Source: Octopus sinensis
Taxonomy: Eukaryota
Assembly: GCF_006345805.1 (NCBI RefSeq)
Contig: NW_021831286.1
Span: 62,001-126,000 of the forward strand
DNA: 64,000 nucleotides
Reading direction: 5' to 3'
Below, in pieces: positions 61,618 through 64,000 of this stretch (its first letter is position 1; each line of letters begins with the position of its first letter). The position numbers were made by a program, and so were the translations under genes. The notes under the pieces were generated by a model. The model did no database searches. It worked only from the letters and a program-made list of their open reading frames with translations, and was not told the origin of the DNA.

Positions 61618-61921
61618 ATTTATTTATTAAAGACCAAACACGGGCAAAGCCAGTTAATTATAGTTATTCCCGTGATCACCGATCCAAACGAGGGAGATCC
61701 TTCAGAAAGGTTCGATCCTGCCCGTATGATCGGCCTGAGACGACGATGTCCCAGGGTCTGAGAGCTAGAGGTCCTTTTTCGGTAGGCATTAAGTGCCTCC
61801 TGAGCGTTGCCATATCCGATTGGAATTTTCCAACTGAAATGGTGGACCCCATAACGCCACGCTAAGATCGGAAGGTAAGAGATCTTTTATTTGACTAAAC
61901 TGAATTTGACAATAATTTGTT
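61618..61921 (-). mobile_element. short retroposon 3' fragment with 10-bp TSD
   Basis: TSD TAAAGAATTT at 61608-61617 and 61922-61931. (TAAA)n tail on the minus strand, preceded by GGTCTT as in the 22330 and 41700 element ends. Confidence 0.6.
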
Positions 61922-61934
61922 TAAAGAATTTTTT

Positions 61935-64000
61935 TTATAAATATGAAATTCTGACATAGAAGTCATATCAAAAGTGAACAGCACCATCATCTTTCGTGAT
62001 CCTCCTCTTGCTATTATTTTGTCCTTCCTCAGAGTATTCGTTTTCTGTCACCTCATCATGTCTCCTCTTCATCGAGTTAGCTCCCCTTTGGTGAGTGTTC
62101 CACACTGCATAATCTTTGTTGAGAATCAATGCTTTAGTCATTACGTCTTCGAAACCATGTTTATATTCTACGAACATTCCTTCCAACGTCTTCTTTAATG
62201 CAGGCGTTTGGATGTATGTCAAAACACTGTCTTTAATGCCAATCAAATCCATGTATATTTTAAAATACTTGGAGGTGATCGCATCCCAGGTAATGACAAT
62301 CGGAAGTATTTTGACTTTGGCTTTGTAAATGACTTCTAATTCACTTCCCAGGATATCATATTTATGAAGTTTTTCAACTTCAACTGCTTTTAAATTATCC
62401 ACACACGTCACTCCAATCTCTATTAGCCTTATGTGGTTTAATTTTTTGTCGTATAGGAAAATGTCCGGCTTGTTATATTGAATTTTTGATTCGGTAGGGA
62501 TAGTAGTGTCAACTCGTAATTCAGCACGATCGTTGGTAATTACGCTTTGGATAGAGTGAGTCTTTAACCTTTTTGATTTTTTGAATCCAAATTTTCTGCA
62601 TAAGTGCATGTGTATGCATTTAACAATTTCGTTATGTTGCCTTGTATAATCGGAATTAAGCATTCTATTGCATCGAGTTGCCAAATGGTCGACTGTCTTA
62701 TTAGAAGATTTGCAATGTGGGCATTTCGAACCAAGCTCGCGGAAGAAAATATTCCTGTCCTGCAGAAGGAAGAACGTGGCTTTAGATTTAGGGGAAATAT
62801 TTCCTTTTACAATCCATTTTGAGGATGTCTGTATATCGAAAGTCTCATTATCAAGTGATTCAAATAATTTTGAATGGAGAGTTTTCTTTTTAATAGCTGA
62901 TAAGAGACACTCAATCTGCAGACTCTTTAGTGTCTGTTCAATGTGCTAAGTTGATTCATATTTTATTTGCGAGAATTGTGTAATTGTGGCCATATGTGAC
63001 TTTCTTTGTTGTTCAGCCCACAGAATTCCTGCACTCCTCAGAGAAGTAAATTTTCGCCTTTCCAGACTTGTTTTGAAATCAAGCAACATTTTCTCAGCTT
63101 TGAAAGTGATAGATATCAATCCTCTTCCAAACATATTCCTCGGTAAGTAAAGTCTTTCTTTGCAAGCTGGTTTCATATGCACATTCAAATTCATAAGTAT
63201 TTTTCTGACTAATTTATCAATTTCTTCAAATTCACAGGGTTCTAAGTCAATGAGTCCAATATAGTAATTGCACAGTGATAGAGCATGTTCATTGATTGCT
63301 TTAAATAAATTGACTGAGTTTAATTTAGTTTCCGATAACTTTTCAATACGGTTTTGCATTTCTTCTTTAATATTTTTGAGTACGTCTTCTTTGAGTACTT
63401 CACTACATCTGTTTTCTAAAACTCCCAAATATCTGTAGCTGTCCAGACCATCCATCAATTTACCATCATTTCTTAATAGGTAACTATTTGTTGCTGATTT
63501 ATCGAAATTCCTCTCCAGTCCAGATGATTCAAAGTAATAGTTCACATCTTCCATCATCCACGCCAATGTCTCCTCTTCTTTGGACAATAGCTTCAAGTCG
63601 TCAATGAATAGGAAGTGATTTGTAGAAAAGGTTAAGGAATTAATGCCACCAGAATTTATCGATATATTTGGATATTTTGAAGATAAAAGTCTACTTAACG
63701 GATCCAAAACAAGTACAAATAATTGGGGCGACAGAGAGTCGCCTTGGAGTATACCACGTTCTATATTAACAGTTCCCAGCTGTTTTTTTCCCAATCTCAA
63801 AGAGACTTTCCAGTTTGGAATAATTGACATAATAAAACTAGTTATCCAATTAGGCAGTCCAGAGTTTTCGAGGATTTCAACAAGAAAGTCATGACTAACT
63901 GAGTCAAATGCTTTCTTGACGTCGATCCATGCACAAAATAATTTATTATCGTGCGCTCTATTGACGCATCTGTTTAAAAGTGCAAGTTCTTTTGCTCCTT
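61935..64000 (-). mobile_element. near-intact R4/Dong-like RT-CCHC-RLE non-LTR retrotransposon (runs off the right edge)
   Basis: One reading frame from the window end: 'AWIDVKKAFDSV', 'RGILQGDSLSP', 'HFLFIDDLKL', 'CPHC..TVDHLATRC', 'NKPDI...IEIGVT...EKLHKY'. A single in-frame TAG at 62946-62948. Confidence 0.95.

Noticed and set aside
61760-61800. ATGTCCC..GGTCTGAGA.CTAG resembling the RNase P RNA CR-I region
   Set aside because: Lacks the GGAA of CR-I and any downstream P4/CR-V complement; the segment is bounded by a TSD and retroposon tail.

Overview
Gene-dense nuclear DNA of a highly reduced animal, not prokaryotic. I found no rRNA, tRNA or CRISPR. Every gene I could decode is split by ultra-short spliceosomal introns (22-32 nt) with degenerate donors. 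These include two GC-AG introns and one apparent GT-GG intron. The intron sizes plus a lophotrochozoan-looking innexin suggest a dicyemid mesozoan; a myxozoan is the main alternative (inference only). Recognisable genes in order: SLC22-like transporter, small beta-trefoil-like protein, a heavily degenerate myosin-motor-like locus, AASDH, TIS11/ZFP36-like, EMC6, MCU, SLC33A1, DMXL/rabconnectin-3alpha, Nup205-like, RPL36, ferritin, guanylate kinase, a disrupted innexin, tropomyosin-like, SAYSD1, NDOR1, an LRR-Roc-COR protein, TM9SF-like and GM130-like. Mobile DNA is abundant and often nested: a near-intact hAT inside a DMXL intron, a Buster hAT, two copies of a TGT..ACA/5-bp-TSD MITE, at least six CRE-like and several R4/Dong-like restriction-like-endonuclease (RLE) non-LTR elements, and APE-type LINE fragments. 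The most unusual observations are the non-canonical micro-introns, telomeric (CTAACC)n repeats substituted in frame inside a young CRE insertion that disrupts the innexin, a captured DMXL exon fragment at a LINE end, and the unclassified MITE family. All translations and alignments were done by eye; no database searches were run.
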